A stretch of 53,412 nucleotides of DNA from Catajapyx aquilonaris (taxonomy: Eukaryota). This document shows positions 11,056 to 22,819 of this stretch, one piece after another. Location: NCBI GenBank assembly GCA_000934665.2, contig KZ538700.1, positions 1-53,412 of the forward strand. Reading direction: 5' to 3'. The notes beneath the pieces were generated by a model. That model had not been told where the DNA came from and searched no databases. It was given only the letters and a program-made list of their open reading frames with translations. The translations under genes and the position numbers were made by a program. Numbering within the stretch: the stretch's first letter is position 1; each line of letters opens with the position of its first letter.

Positions 11056-14000
11056 GTAACAGCTATAAAAAAAACTTTTAGTTCACTCCCAGCATTTTTT
11101 GACCACTCCTGGAAGTCAAATTATCGGAATGAAAAAGTTGAGCTTCCCCATGCTGCACCGAAAAATGCTTTTAAGAATATTGCCACCAATTTCAAATCTT
11201 GGAGGGAGTAATACGGCGGTCCGAACATCAGGATCCCAGAATTTCATTTTCCATTTTTTCCCCGGGTGGAAGGGAAAAACTGCATTATATTACAATGGCC
11301 ATTATAGAGAGAAGCCTGTTGAACGCTTTTGAAAAACCTGGGCGAACATTGCAGGATTTTTTTAAATTCTGCTTTTCAGCGGGGTTGGGCGATCATGTCA
11401 TTATGCTCTTGCTATGGTTTTACTGTGCTGCACTGTATGCTGGTCACTAGGGCATTTTAAAACCACAAGCAGACCATTATTGAGCGTCACTGTAAGGCGA
11501 GAAAAATTTACGCAAGCCTGCCACTGTCACTAAACGTTCCCACTATTGTCTATATAGTCACATTTATCACCTTTCGTCTGGCAGATCGTCCTATTTTTGT
11601 CCACAGAATTTTCTTGATTTTTCCAGTCCAGAATTCGGGTACTTTTTGGCATAATTCGGACCAGGTTTTGCGATCAGAATGCAGATCAGGCAGCCCCTCC
11701 AAAAAAAAAACCGGAGGCCACACACGCATTTTATTGAACACCCCCTTTTTTCCCTTTTTATTAGGCCTAATTCCGGCGGCATGGAAAACAAATATGCAGA
11801 CGGGGTCTCTCCCACTTTGGAACTCGTTGAAACGTCCGTTTTCATTGGTAGTGACATTTGATGTTGGCATTATGCAATGAAACTCCGGATTAAGAGCCGC
11901 CCGCTCACAGACTCCGCTCAGGCGAATTTTGGAACCGGGTTCATTGGGCCTAAATTACGAAATGATGCGAATACTTTTCCTGGATCTGACGGGTAACGAG
12001 AACATAATCTAGATATGGCTAGTGTTACGCTCGCATTTACAGCATAGGGTCCTATGAAGCCACGGTTGGCTTGGTTCAAATTTTACCTTTTTTTGGTGGA
12101 AAAAAAATCGCAACTGTTGCAGTTACGGCCTGTTTTTTTTTCTAGAGGCTTTTCCCGGACTATGATTTAATAGTCGACCAGGGCTTGTGATGGGATGGGA
12201 AAAGTGAGGTACGCCCTTCATGGATTAGTAAGTCTCACCATCCATTTTGCGGACTGAGCGGATATTATTCCCTAATGACATGCGACAGGTGATGTTTGTT
12301 GGTCCGAATAATAGTGTGGACCGAGCGAGCCAGACACACTGTGTATCTATGATGCGACTAAAAATCACGGGGGCTCTGTACTGGCGGTTTCATTAGCCTG
12401 GAAACTAAATTGTTATGTACACTGGATGTAATGCACTCTGCATCAGTAGTTGTCGACACTGCAAAACCACATATTTCTGAGACTCTGCTGGCATTAGACT
12501 AACAATGCAGTATTGTTATACAGAGTCCGTTGCCCTTCAATGCTGACCTTTTCCTTGTGCAGCCACTATCGGCATTAGTAATTCCAAAGCCGACGATTTA
12601 CGACTTCCTTTCTTCTCCTCTGCCACTTCCAGTAAATCGAACCCGGGCCCTACTTGTGTCGCTCCTAGGAATTGCTCTCGGAGTGAGGATTTATGAATAT
12701 CACCCGGTTGCAGCATCCAGGCGGGATGCGAAACTGACCTGTTACGGGGAGAGCCTGCTGGTGGAAGGAAACATGTTATATTTATATGGAGGATGGGTCC
12801 GGCTCGGAAACGGACGGAAAAACTGGAGAATGACATACACGAGGCGGTTTTTTTATGTTGCGGGTGTATCGGTGGCACTGCTTCGACCTCCAAAGTGCCT
12901 CGTGACCTACGAGGGTTTTTTTCCCCCGTTGCAAACAGGTCTTTCTGAAACCCTATATGGTCGTTTCCATCACTGGAGTGTCAAGTAATAAAAAGCCGAA
13001 TGGACCTGCGGTGCGTGTCCAGCGGGAAAAGTGTCCACTTTCGCTGCTTTGCATCCCGTCCACTTCCTCTATCTATGGGACCAGCTGCCATTAAAAATCT
13101 ATACTCGATACGTTCTTAGCACACTCATAACACACTAGCAAGATTATTGATTTATTTATGCATTTATTTTATTTATTACTACTGTAGTAGCGAACTCGTC
13201 AAATTTTGGCAACACTGCCCCCCCCCCCCCAACTTGGACGTAGTACGATAGGCCACTGCCAGTTGGCGCATAGGCTCTCCCTCTGCACACTTCTGCCACT
13301 CTCAAGGCGAAAGTAGTACTACATGCACGTTGGTGATGAGTCACTGCTCGGACAAAGTCCACTTGGGCGATATACTACTCTGTGCTCTAATTGTTGAACG
13401 GGGAAAGTGAAATCTATGGGAACTACTACCTAGGTGATGAGTCTACTTGTTTACGGAGTCTAGTCACTTGATATGATTGGACCATATCCTGGCACAAAGC
13501 AACCATCAACACCCAACAAGCTAGAATTGTGCTGATGGTTGCATAGCGATAAGGATACGACTAGTCAAATCCTTATTTGTGACTAATAACTGCTTTCAAT
13601 TTATTTAAAACAAGTAGTTTATGGCTGAAAAAAAATCAAGCTACTGACATTTCAATAGGAACTCATAGCATTAAAAAAAAGCTGGCATGTTTGATCCTGT
13701 GAGCTTGGTGGTTAATTCTAAACCGGCCTGGTCTGTTCCGGCGTGTCCGGACACCCGAATTGGAGGGGCAATCCGGGGCTGCAGCCCAGAGCCGCCTCCT
13801 CCTCCTCCTCCTCCTCTGCTCCGGTAAGCGGATCCCGGAAATGTGATAATGTAGGCGGATTTCCGGTGAAACCCGCGGCGACGAATGAGTGCAGAATTGG
13901 CGTCTTGGGGAAGTAATAGTTGCGGGAGAGCTCTGGTTGTAATCCGCCCTGGTGTTCCGGAGCCCCAGCTCTCTCTCTCTCTACAAGAGAGCGAGAGAGA

Positions 14001-14421
14001 GGAATTTCCACACCATCCATCAAAGTCACAGACCCGGTTTGCTGGCTTGGTTTGGTAGGAAACCCAGTCGTTTGCCCAATCCGGTCATAATTGCGACGGA
14101 GGGGTCCCCAGGAAAACTTCATAGCTGCTGATTCAAGAGATGCAAACCGGCTGGTTTATATGTTAACCCCCCACCCTTCTAGAGAGATGGAAGACTCGCA
14201 AATCAGGGAGGCTGGGAGAGATGATTCAGCGGCGTCTCTGTCAATGGGGATGGCAGCTCGCGGCCAACTTGCGGTCCAGACACTTTGAGTTGCTTTGAAT
14301 CTTCATTCGGTCGAGGCTAGATGGAATCTCAGGCAGCGATTTACTGGCAGTAAGTCTCTCAAGTACATAATGACACATGCTAGGGAACACAGAAAAAATG
14401 TTGCGGACATCTTGAGCACAA

Positions 14422-14670
14422 ACGCTACCGCTAGATGGCAGGGCTTCTGTACAAGTAAGCCTGCCATCTAGCGGTAGCGTCTAGATGGCAGAGGAATCGT
14501 GCCGTCAACCGGTAGCGTCTAGATGGCAGAGGAATCGTGCCGTCTACCGGTAGCGTCTAGATGGCAGAGGAATCGTGCCGTCTACCGGTAGCGTCTAGAT
14601 GGCAGAGGAATCGTGCCGTCTACCGGTAGCGTCTAGATGGCAGAGGAATCGTGCCATCTACCGGTAGCGT
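14422..14670. repeat. 59-bp palindrome followed by 5 x 38-bp tandem minisatellite
   Basis: ACGCTACCGCTAGATGGCAG (14422-14441) inverted at 14461-14480; then unit CTAGATGGCAGAGGAATCGTGCCGTCTACCGGTAGCGT at 14481, 14519, 14557, 14595, 14633. Confidence 0.95.
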
Positions 14671-15793
14671 CACTACACCCTGACTGAATAGACGTGTGTT
14701 AAATAGTGTTAATTCTGTGATAGACTGAGAGCGGCAGTGTATCCGGGTTGAATAGGGGGAAGGTTGTGATCCCCGACGCGTAGTGTTATGTGGTGTGTGC
14801 ATAGCAAAATTTATGTAACAATCTACAACACTGGCCTGGGTTGAGCGAGCTACCCACTCGAAAATCATAACTCAATTTTAATCCCATTAATTTTCAATAC
14901 ATGTTGACCCTTCGTTGTGATTCTGGCTGGGCTTCGCCACATCGCATGTCAATAGCTGGGGCGACTGTGCCAAAGTAGGATTAGGGGGTTGGGAGGGAAA
15001 CTGGTCTAATACATTATTCACTGCCTTCCTTAAAATAACCCGCGAATACTAATTCTGCCGCGTTTTCCTGGGGTCCTACACCACCACCACCACCACCACC
15101 CACGCTAGAACAGCACTCGATGACACAAGAGGTTCCGCCGAAATCCATTCCCCGTCAGTGACATTCGCCTATTAGCGTCATGTCAACTTTCTCGAATCCC
15201 TGAGGCTAATTGCACTTGCCCTCCACGTTTGTTGGGTAATTTGTTACTGGGTGGTGCCGGGAGGAGGCGGAAGATGTCGCCCGAGATTTATTGTAGGTTT
15301 TGATGTCTTCGCAGAGATTGTCAGCATTAATGAAACGGGGAATCCNCCCCCCCCCCCCTGGTTGTTTTTTTTTCTTTCTTTTCGTTCCCTGTTCCGACCA
15401 GGCGTCGCATCTTTTGACAAAATTAATAGGGGGACTTCACCTCTTGTCGTGCCTGATCTGCGCTGATGATTTGTAATGCCGGGCGTGCAAATTTGCGCAA
15501 CTGACGTTGTCGGAGAGAGGGATTTTTTTTTTCGGAGTGAAAAGTAAGTGCGGTGGAAAAACAGGCTGAATTTTAATTGCAAGGGCAATGCTTGGAATTG
15601 CAATGATTCTGTACCCGCGGTTTCCCTAGGGGAATAATAGCCCACACGCCAAATAATTGAGAGAGTGATAACACAGGAAAACCCCTTGGGTACTTCAGAT
15701 TAAACCCCAGCAATTCATAACGCACTCGTTTTGCAATTATTTGGACTCAGATTTATGCCCAGGCTTTGAGAACCCGATTAATAAAAGCCGCGC

Positions 15794-16235
15794 CATTTTT
15801 TCGGTGCTCAAAAAATGAGTAAATTATTCAGTCTATTGATTCAGCTGAGTCATCCGCCGGATAAATCGCGATATATTTTCTGGACAAAAAAAAAATTAGG
15901 AAGATCCGTCCGCACGGTTATTTAGTTGCAGTAAATCCTCTCGTTTGACTTATTGTCTTATTTTGTCCCCCCCTGAGATCACGACATGGTCTTGTGAGCA
16001 GACATCCCCCCCCCCNCATTTTTTCGGTGCTCAAAAAATGAGTAAATTATTCAGTCTATTGATTCAGCTGAGTCATCCGCCGGATAAATCGCGATATATT
16101 TTCTGAACAAAAAAAAAATTAGGAAGATCCGTCCGCGCGGTTATTTAGTTGCAGTAAATCCTCTCGTTTGACTTATTGTCTTATTTTGTCCCCCCTGAGA
16201 TCACGACATGGTCTTGTGAGCAGACATCTCCCCCC
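15794..16235 (+). repeat. About 222-bp tandem duplication joined at an N
   Basis: CATTTTTTCGGTGCTC...GCAGACATC(C)n occurs at 15794 and again at about 16017, with few substitutions. Confidence 0.9.
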
Positions 16236-19200
16236 AATGGCTCATATAATCCGGGTGCCACGTCACCATGAGAGTCTCCCTCCTTTGTAATTAATTTGAA
16301 GCCTGGCTCCTCGACTAGATGGCATGTAATTCGAGGGGTTCCCCCCGTCCCCCTTTGCACTTTATCTTCTCTTCTTTTGACACATCCCAGTTGATAATAA
16401 GAATTTAATTCCTTTCGTTTTCACGGATGGCTAATCCCGATTAGAGTTTTAAAAAAAAACATGGCGGTGTGAATGTGTGCTATACTGAGTGATGCTTAGT
16501 CATGTCCCACCCCCAAGCCCTTGTTTATTCTTATTTAATCAACTATCCAGCCAGCTGTTTCTACACTCTGAATTGATTGCAGTCCTAATCTGCATAAGTG
16601 ATTTGATTAACCGGAGCAAAATTGTGATAAGACAAGGAGCTTGGCAGAGGGGCCATGCAAGTTGCATACCTATCAAAGTCATACACGTGACACGATGCTA
16701 ACAGATGCAGCTAACTGGTAATGCAAAATGTAATATATTGCTTGCGTAGGACACCTGCAACTCATAAGACGTCTCACAATTATTACTGTCAGCTGTGGAC
16801 AGGTTTCACTGGGCCCATTCGATTGATATGCAATACTAGATAAATCACAAGCAGTGAGAGGAACGTTAAAGTACAGTAGTCTCATAGCTGCACTGTATTT
16901 TCATTACAGAAGTCGGTCCAATATTGTTCACAATATTATAATATTTAAAAGGCAGCCGGACCGTTTTATAATAAAGGTCATTCTGGTACGCTGCATGATT
17001 TCATTTAGAGCAGCCTGCAATGTTAACTTGACGTTTCGTTTGAAATGAGCCAGCTGCATTATTGCATTATGTCAAACAGTAAAAAGGACAATGCCTCCAA
17101 AAAAAAGTGGCATTCCAGGCGGACATCCGAAGCTCCCCATGAATGCTGAAACTCGAAATTGTCCTGGCTTAAAATTTTAATTGCCTCTGCTTGGAACAAG
17201 GGGGTAAAGCCCCAGCAAGCGTCCCTTTTGCCCAATTGAAACCAGTCTCACACACACACAAAAAAAAAACAAGGGCCCAGCTTTAAAAAAGGACCTAACC
17301 CTTGCTTGTTGCTGCGGCTTCCAAAGAATGTATCCAACAAGAGATCACTCTTTTTAGTCCCCACAGCGAATTAAAACTGGGGTGGGGGGGATTCTAAAAA
17401 GCTTCCATATCCCCCACTCTGAAATTAATTACAGAATAAACAGAAAGCTGCGGACGAGTCGTTTTCAAAGCGGATTTTCAACACCACCTCCCTACCCACC
17501 CCCCAACCAGACCACAACTCTTGTGCCAAGCTTTCGTGAACACTCATTGTCAACCCGGAAACAATGCCATTAAAAGCATTCCGTGTAGTGGAAGCCCGGA
17601 AACAAGTATCTTTTCAATGATGAAATGGTGGGGAACTTGGGATGACTTTTTGTCCTCCATGTTATTTTTTTTAAAAAAAATCCCTCGATTACTCAAGTCA
17701 GGGTTTATTAAAGCTTGTGATAGCCAGGCTGTGGTTTTTGTTCAAATAATGCTCGGAAAGAGAAAGCATTTTGACAATTATTCAGTGCTGTAATCGCTCA
17801 GTACCACGTTCAAAGATAATCCAGTGAACTGAGAGGTTTGCTACAAGGTTCAAATGATATGTCACTGAGAATTATGCACAACTTGATGAAACTTATTTAT
17901 GGAAGTTGGTTAGAGTTTAGTTTTGCTTGCGGTTTGATTCAGACAGATAATATGCATTAGTGAATGATGCGTCGGAAAGCACTAAGCAATTCTCTTTGTT
18001 GTCACAGCACTCGGTTACAGCACTTGCAACATTCATAGCTCCGCCTTGGACGCATGCAAAATTAAACCTAGAGTTTGCAATTGGGCTGAAGACGTGACGC
18101 TCTCTCGTGAAGATTATTAATCACGAAGCAATTAGCGTCACCTTGTAAGTGCTATAGCCTTTACACCACCCTGATTTTGCTTAATGCTCCGAATGAGCTT
18201 TGGGTACGACTAGTGGCATTCGTGCCCCATTATTGTTCGTAATTATATTGGCAGCAAATGAAATGATCCCGAATATTATTCACCCACTGTATCTGACACT
18301 GAATCAATTTGCGCATATCACGTTATGCATGTGATTTGCATGCTGCAGTAAAACATTGCGTAACTGACCTTGCTTCAGAAATTTGTCCATTGCAGAATTT
18401 TAGCACTGTAGAATTTACAGCAATGTGGCCAGAATAAGCATTTGCATTTTTTATATCTATAGAATCGCACAAATATTTAGTTGAATCTATAGGCTTTAAG
18501 ACGAGAAATATTTTGTGGAACTAGGACACTCCACTGTAATTCGTATGAATGGCTGGTAAATTTGCTTGAAGTACAGTACTGTACACTATCATACACTTCA
18601 GCATCAGACAACTTCATCGCAATCCAGAGATGCTAATATCAGGCCGGAACATTGCCAAAATAAAAACGCATTAATTTTTTTTCTTGCCCCCGCAGCCATG
18701 ATCCCAGGGCTCTGAAAATTGTAGTTGTCAAATGAAACGAAGTTGGACCCAGAGTCTGAATGACAGAACTGTTAGTCGTCTAGATGTTATTTTACGGTTA
18801 TCTAGATGATGGCATTAAAAGTTCTTCCAGCGATGCCATATCCCCAGGAGCCTGGACGCCTGCCGTAGTAATTCCGTCCGTCTCTGGTGGGCTGTGGCGT
18901 TTCATCGTCGCCAGGAACCATTTACTACGACTAGACTAATGTCCAAATGGGGCCCCGAGTACTTTATTACAGGCGTGTGTGTTAGTTGGGAGGAGGGGGA
19001 ATGGGGGGGGGGGGGAGAGAGAGAGAGAATCATCCACCAACTTTTATCCAATCGCTTTACTTCAGCAGATAAAAGCCACTGGGGAATTAAAATATTCCCG
19101 GAGAGACTCGAAGGTGTTAAACTCTCCATTTTTTTTCAAGAGTTCTCTGAGAGACCAAAAAATGATTGGCGAGGTAGAGCAACCTGGATGTGTTTACACA

Positions 19201-21604
19201 TCGGGATCGGAAACTTGGGCTCTCCAAACTTTGCTTAGTGCTTAAAACCCTGCGGGCCATGTTATCTAATCTTTTCGTTTCGTACGTCGCATAACCAGAA
19301 GATGAGGAAGCTTCTTTTCATCTATAGGGGAACTGCATTAGATGGTTTTATTGGAATGTCCATGAACATGCGAGGGGCGAAAAATTAATCATCAATTTGG
19401 ATCATTAAAATAATATTCGCTGAATGAACTACAAACTATCTGATCACTTGTTCCAAACTGAAATGTCCAGGTTTTGACACACTTGGTAGCCGTTTTAATG
19501 CCGCGTGGTTGCTTGTTGATGCCCAGATTTATTCGGAATCGGTGTGCTGGTTGTAATTCACTTTTGGGAGGCTGCAGCAGTATGACTAGTGCAACCTTGC
19601 CATCCCTCCCGATGCAATAATTATACCCCCCTGTTTTCCAAATTTGTAAAATGTCAATGCACTATTAAGGGCATTAGTGTTACAAAAATTGATTGCTCTG
19701 ATTATCAGGCAGCTACGTTTCTCAACATGTTTGTGCCTATTGGTGGAACGAACCGTCATGCAAACAGCAATTGAACGACCCAGTATAATAAGGGTCCAAG
19801 TGCAACAATTTCTGCACGCAATAGGTGCCTGAAAAATTCTGAGTTTGCAATATTGTAACTATAGCAGGGGACCCGTTCTTCGCTCAGGGATTGATAAATT
19901 AAAAGTTTGTCAAATTGCCGCCAAACATCGTAAAAAAACACCCAAAAGATCATAAATATTTGGCTTTTAGACTCAAAAAAGGAAATTTGCGTTACGATAA
20001 ATTCACTTGTAGGAAGCTGACCTGTTTTGCTTTTATTGGTTCACTTACTGCCAGTGTAACGTGCCGTTTTATTGCCATGTAACCCCGTAGGACAGCAAGC
20101 GCCGGTGGGGTTGATGTTAGCATGTAAAAACAAGGCACGTGGCAAAAGCCTAGAGCTCTATACCCAGCTTATACACGCGGCTATGATAATGATGGGGAAT
20201 AACATTATCCAAGAAAGTCCCTTCTGGGGCTCTATGATGCTGTGATTCTGAATTAAATTTTACCGAAGGGGGAAAAGCAACGTCTTGAATTCCATACGGG
20301 CTTTCAAAATAATTCTTCCCGCATTAAACTCCGCTTTAAGGCCAGCTTAAATCTTCTGGTGCACGTAAAAAAAATGAACGTTTCCTCTAGAGAGGAGGTA
20401 AATTCAGACTTATAGTTTTAAAATGGCTTAATGAAGTTGTTGGCACTTTTGTGATGTGCGTGTTCCCTTATGGCTCCCGAAATATTTCATCCATAAAAAG
20501 TTATTCTAAGGGCCAGTGTCTAGTGAACAGCTTGAATTCTCTCACCCCACCCATATAGGAAGGGTCGCCAGCAGAAAATTTTATTTTTGGAAGGGTTCCT
20601 TTTTTTATCACTTCCCGTCTTCCCCCTCCTTATACTTACCTAAAAAGGTTCCTAAAAAGTGCGTAAAGGAAGAGGAAAGGTTTAGGGTTTGCCTTCGGGG
20701 GGGGGGGGGGGNNNNNNNNNNNNNNNTTTTTTTTAGATGAAATTGGCTGTCGTGAGTATATTCCATGGGAAAGGTTTTTTCCCCACAAAAAGGAATGGGG
20801 CTCAGTTGAGTGAAGAATCAGGTTCATATGTTCAATCAAATATTTTTTTCAGGAATAAATTCATGAGGGTTGAATTTTTGTCCAACTGCTTCTAACTTAG
20901 CAGTATAACTAGCAGTGGGACGAAAATTCAACCCAGTGTAATTATCAAGAACATGATAGGCCAGATTATTGCACCCTGTCCGAATCCCTCTGGCTTGCAG
21001 CATAAGGCAATTAAGGATGCATTAATGACAATAACAGTGATAGTCAGCCCACCGAAATTCCTCCTCACCTTCACGCTTGATTGGCGGAGATTTTGAGCCC
21101 GAGCAAAACGCTTTTGCAGTTTGGTGCCATGCTAATTCCCGGACGTGTTTCTGGGGTGGTATAGAGGTGGTGGTGTGGGGGGGTCATCCAGGGCCCCGCA
21201 GCTTCATTTGGACGTCCCCAATTAAGTCAATTGGGCGTTAAGTGAAGAATATGAGAGAGTGAATCCCCCCCACCACTTGTGATCTAATTTGCCGTTATGT
21301 CCCGGTGATTTAGCATGCAATGTTATACATGCCAGCCAATCCTGCACAAAATCTCATCACGTGTGAAGCAGAAGCTACATTATAATTATATCGCTCCCCT
21401 TCACGCCTTGGCAAGCGCGACACAATCGGGTGACAGTTGCACTTGTTGTAAAGGACAGCAAAAAGGTATGGGGAGGGGGAAGGACTTGACAGAAAGTTTG
21501 AGAGTCGCTGGGATGGGATAGGATGGGAGTAATTTTGGCCGACTTTCCAACCGAGGTTGAGAATGTTTGTGGAGGTGGCTGGTAGAGAGAGAAAATTAAT
21601 CCGG

Positions 21605-21638
<34 letters not shown>

Positions 21639-22543
21639 TGAAGATTCGGAGGCGAGAACTTCACCCACAGTGCAGCCATTTCCAAGCTTTTCTCCCACCC
21701 ACCCACCCACCCACCCCAGCACAACCCCGGGTCCTTACAACCTTATCCCTAAACCTGGGACGACTTTCGCGATGACTTTTCACTTTCTAGACTTTGCAAG
21801 TTGCCACAAAGGCAAAGTTGTGGGGCTGTTTGCACTTCGTAACGGTGTCAAGATGACGGTCGGGGGGCTATGAAGAATGGCGGATGCCTCTGCAGCATTA
21901 CACGGCAGACTGGGTGACAACGAAACGGATACTTCCGGTGGGCCTGGCATTTGCAAGCAGGCGACGACGACACAACGCGTGAAACTCTAAAACCCTGGGT
22001 ACGACTTACTGCACTCGGGTGTGGAAGAATTAAGGTGCGTAATTACTGGACATAAATATATATACTGAGGATGTCAAATGATATTTGCACAGTGCCTCAT
22101 ATTTTAGTGCAAAAATAATAGTTCCGACATTGAATATACGCATCAGGCATGTCCATTCAAGTCTTGAAGTAAGAGCTGGAGAAAGCGACATGTTAAATGC
22201 GTACATGATCTGTTGAAAGATCATCTTAATGGAGTCTCAGACCTGTTAAGTAAACTATTAATGAGTTAATAATTATGCAAATAGGCTTATTCTCTCCTGT
22301 AGGATGTTTGTCCGACCTGATAGTATCGCTATTTCTCGCACGACCTGAGAGTGGCTGGAGTGTGCAGATGGAGTATGCGCCATCTATGTGTACTACGTGG
22401 TAATCGGTGGGCCCTCTCATTCAATTTGATTGTCACTGTCTGTCATACTGATTATAGGTTTTGCCAAAATTTGGCAATGGGTTTACTAGTACGGTATCTT
22501 AGAAATTGTAGGCCTACAGTGCAAATGGCTAATTCTACCTAAT

Positions 22544-22819
22544 TATAACCTTGGAGTATATAATAATATAATAATCCGGGGTAGTGCTGACCTCATCAGA
22601 GGTATATATGTAGCACGGACCTTTATTTATTTTTGTCGTGTACATTGGAGCCTTTATACGTAACGCCCGGGCCCACGGGCAGGATGACAGGAGGGGATGT
22701 GCAAGGTGCAGTGCAATGTCTTTATGTGGCCATTTTTAGTGAACTCCCCCGGGTGGATTAGTCTGTAGGAAATACCACCCGAGACGAAGCCAGAGGTGAC
22801 CCAATATAACCTTGGAGTA
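22544..22819 (-). mobile_element. 5'-truncated non-LTR retro-insertion (SINE-like, 246 bp) with 15-bp target-site duplication
   Basis: TATAACCTTGGAGTA at 22544-22558 and 22805-22819; minus strand ends in a TAT-rich tail and shares segments with the SINE at 27155. Confidence 0.75.

Noticed and set aside
12530..12988. 152-aa ORF
   Set aside because: No recognisable family or splice support
14481..14670. CRISPR-like palindromic repeats
   Set aside because: Head-to-tail 38-bp units with no spacers
22575..22620. Hammerhead ribozyme (CTGATGAG on minus strand)
   Set aside because: No GAAA core after the possible stem II and no stem III/cleavage triplet
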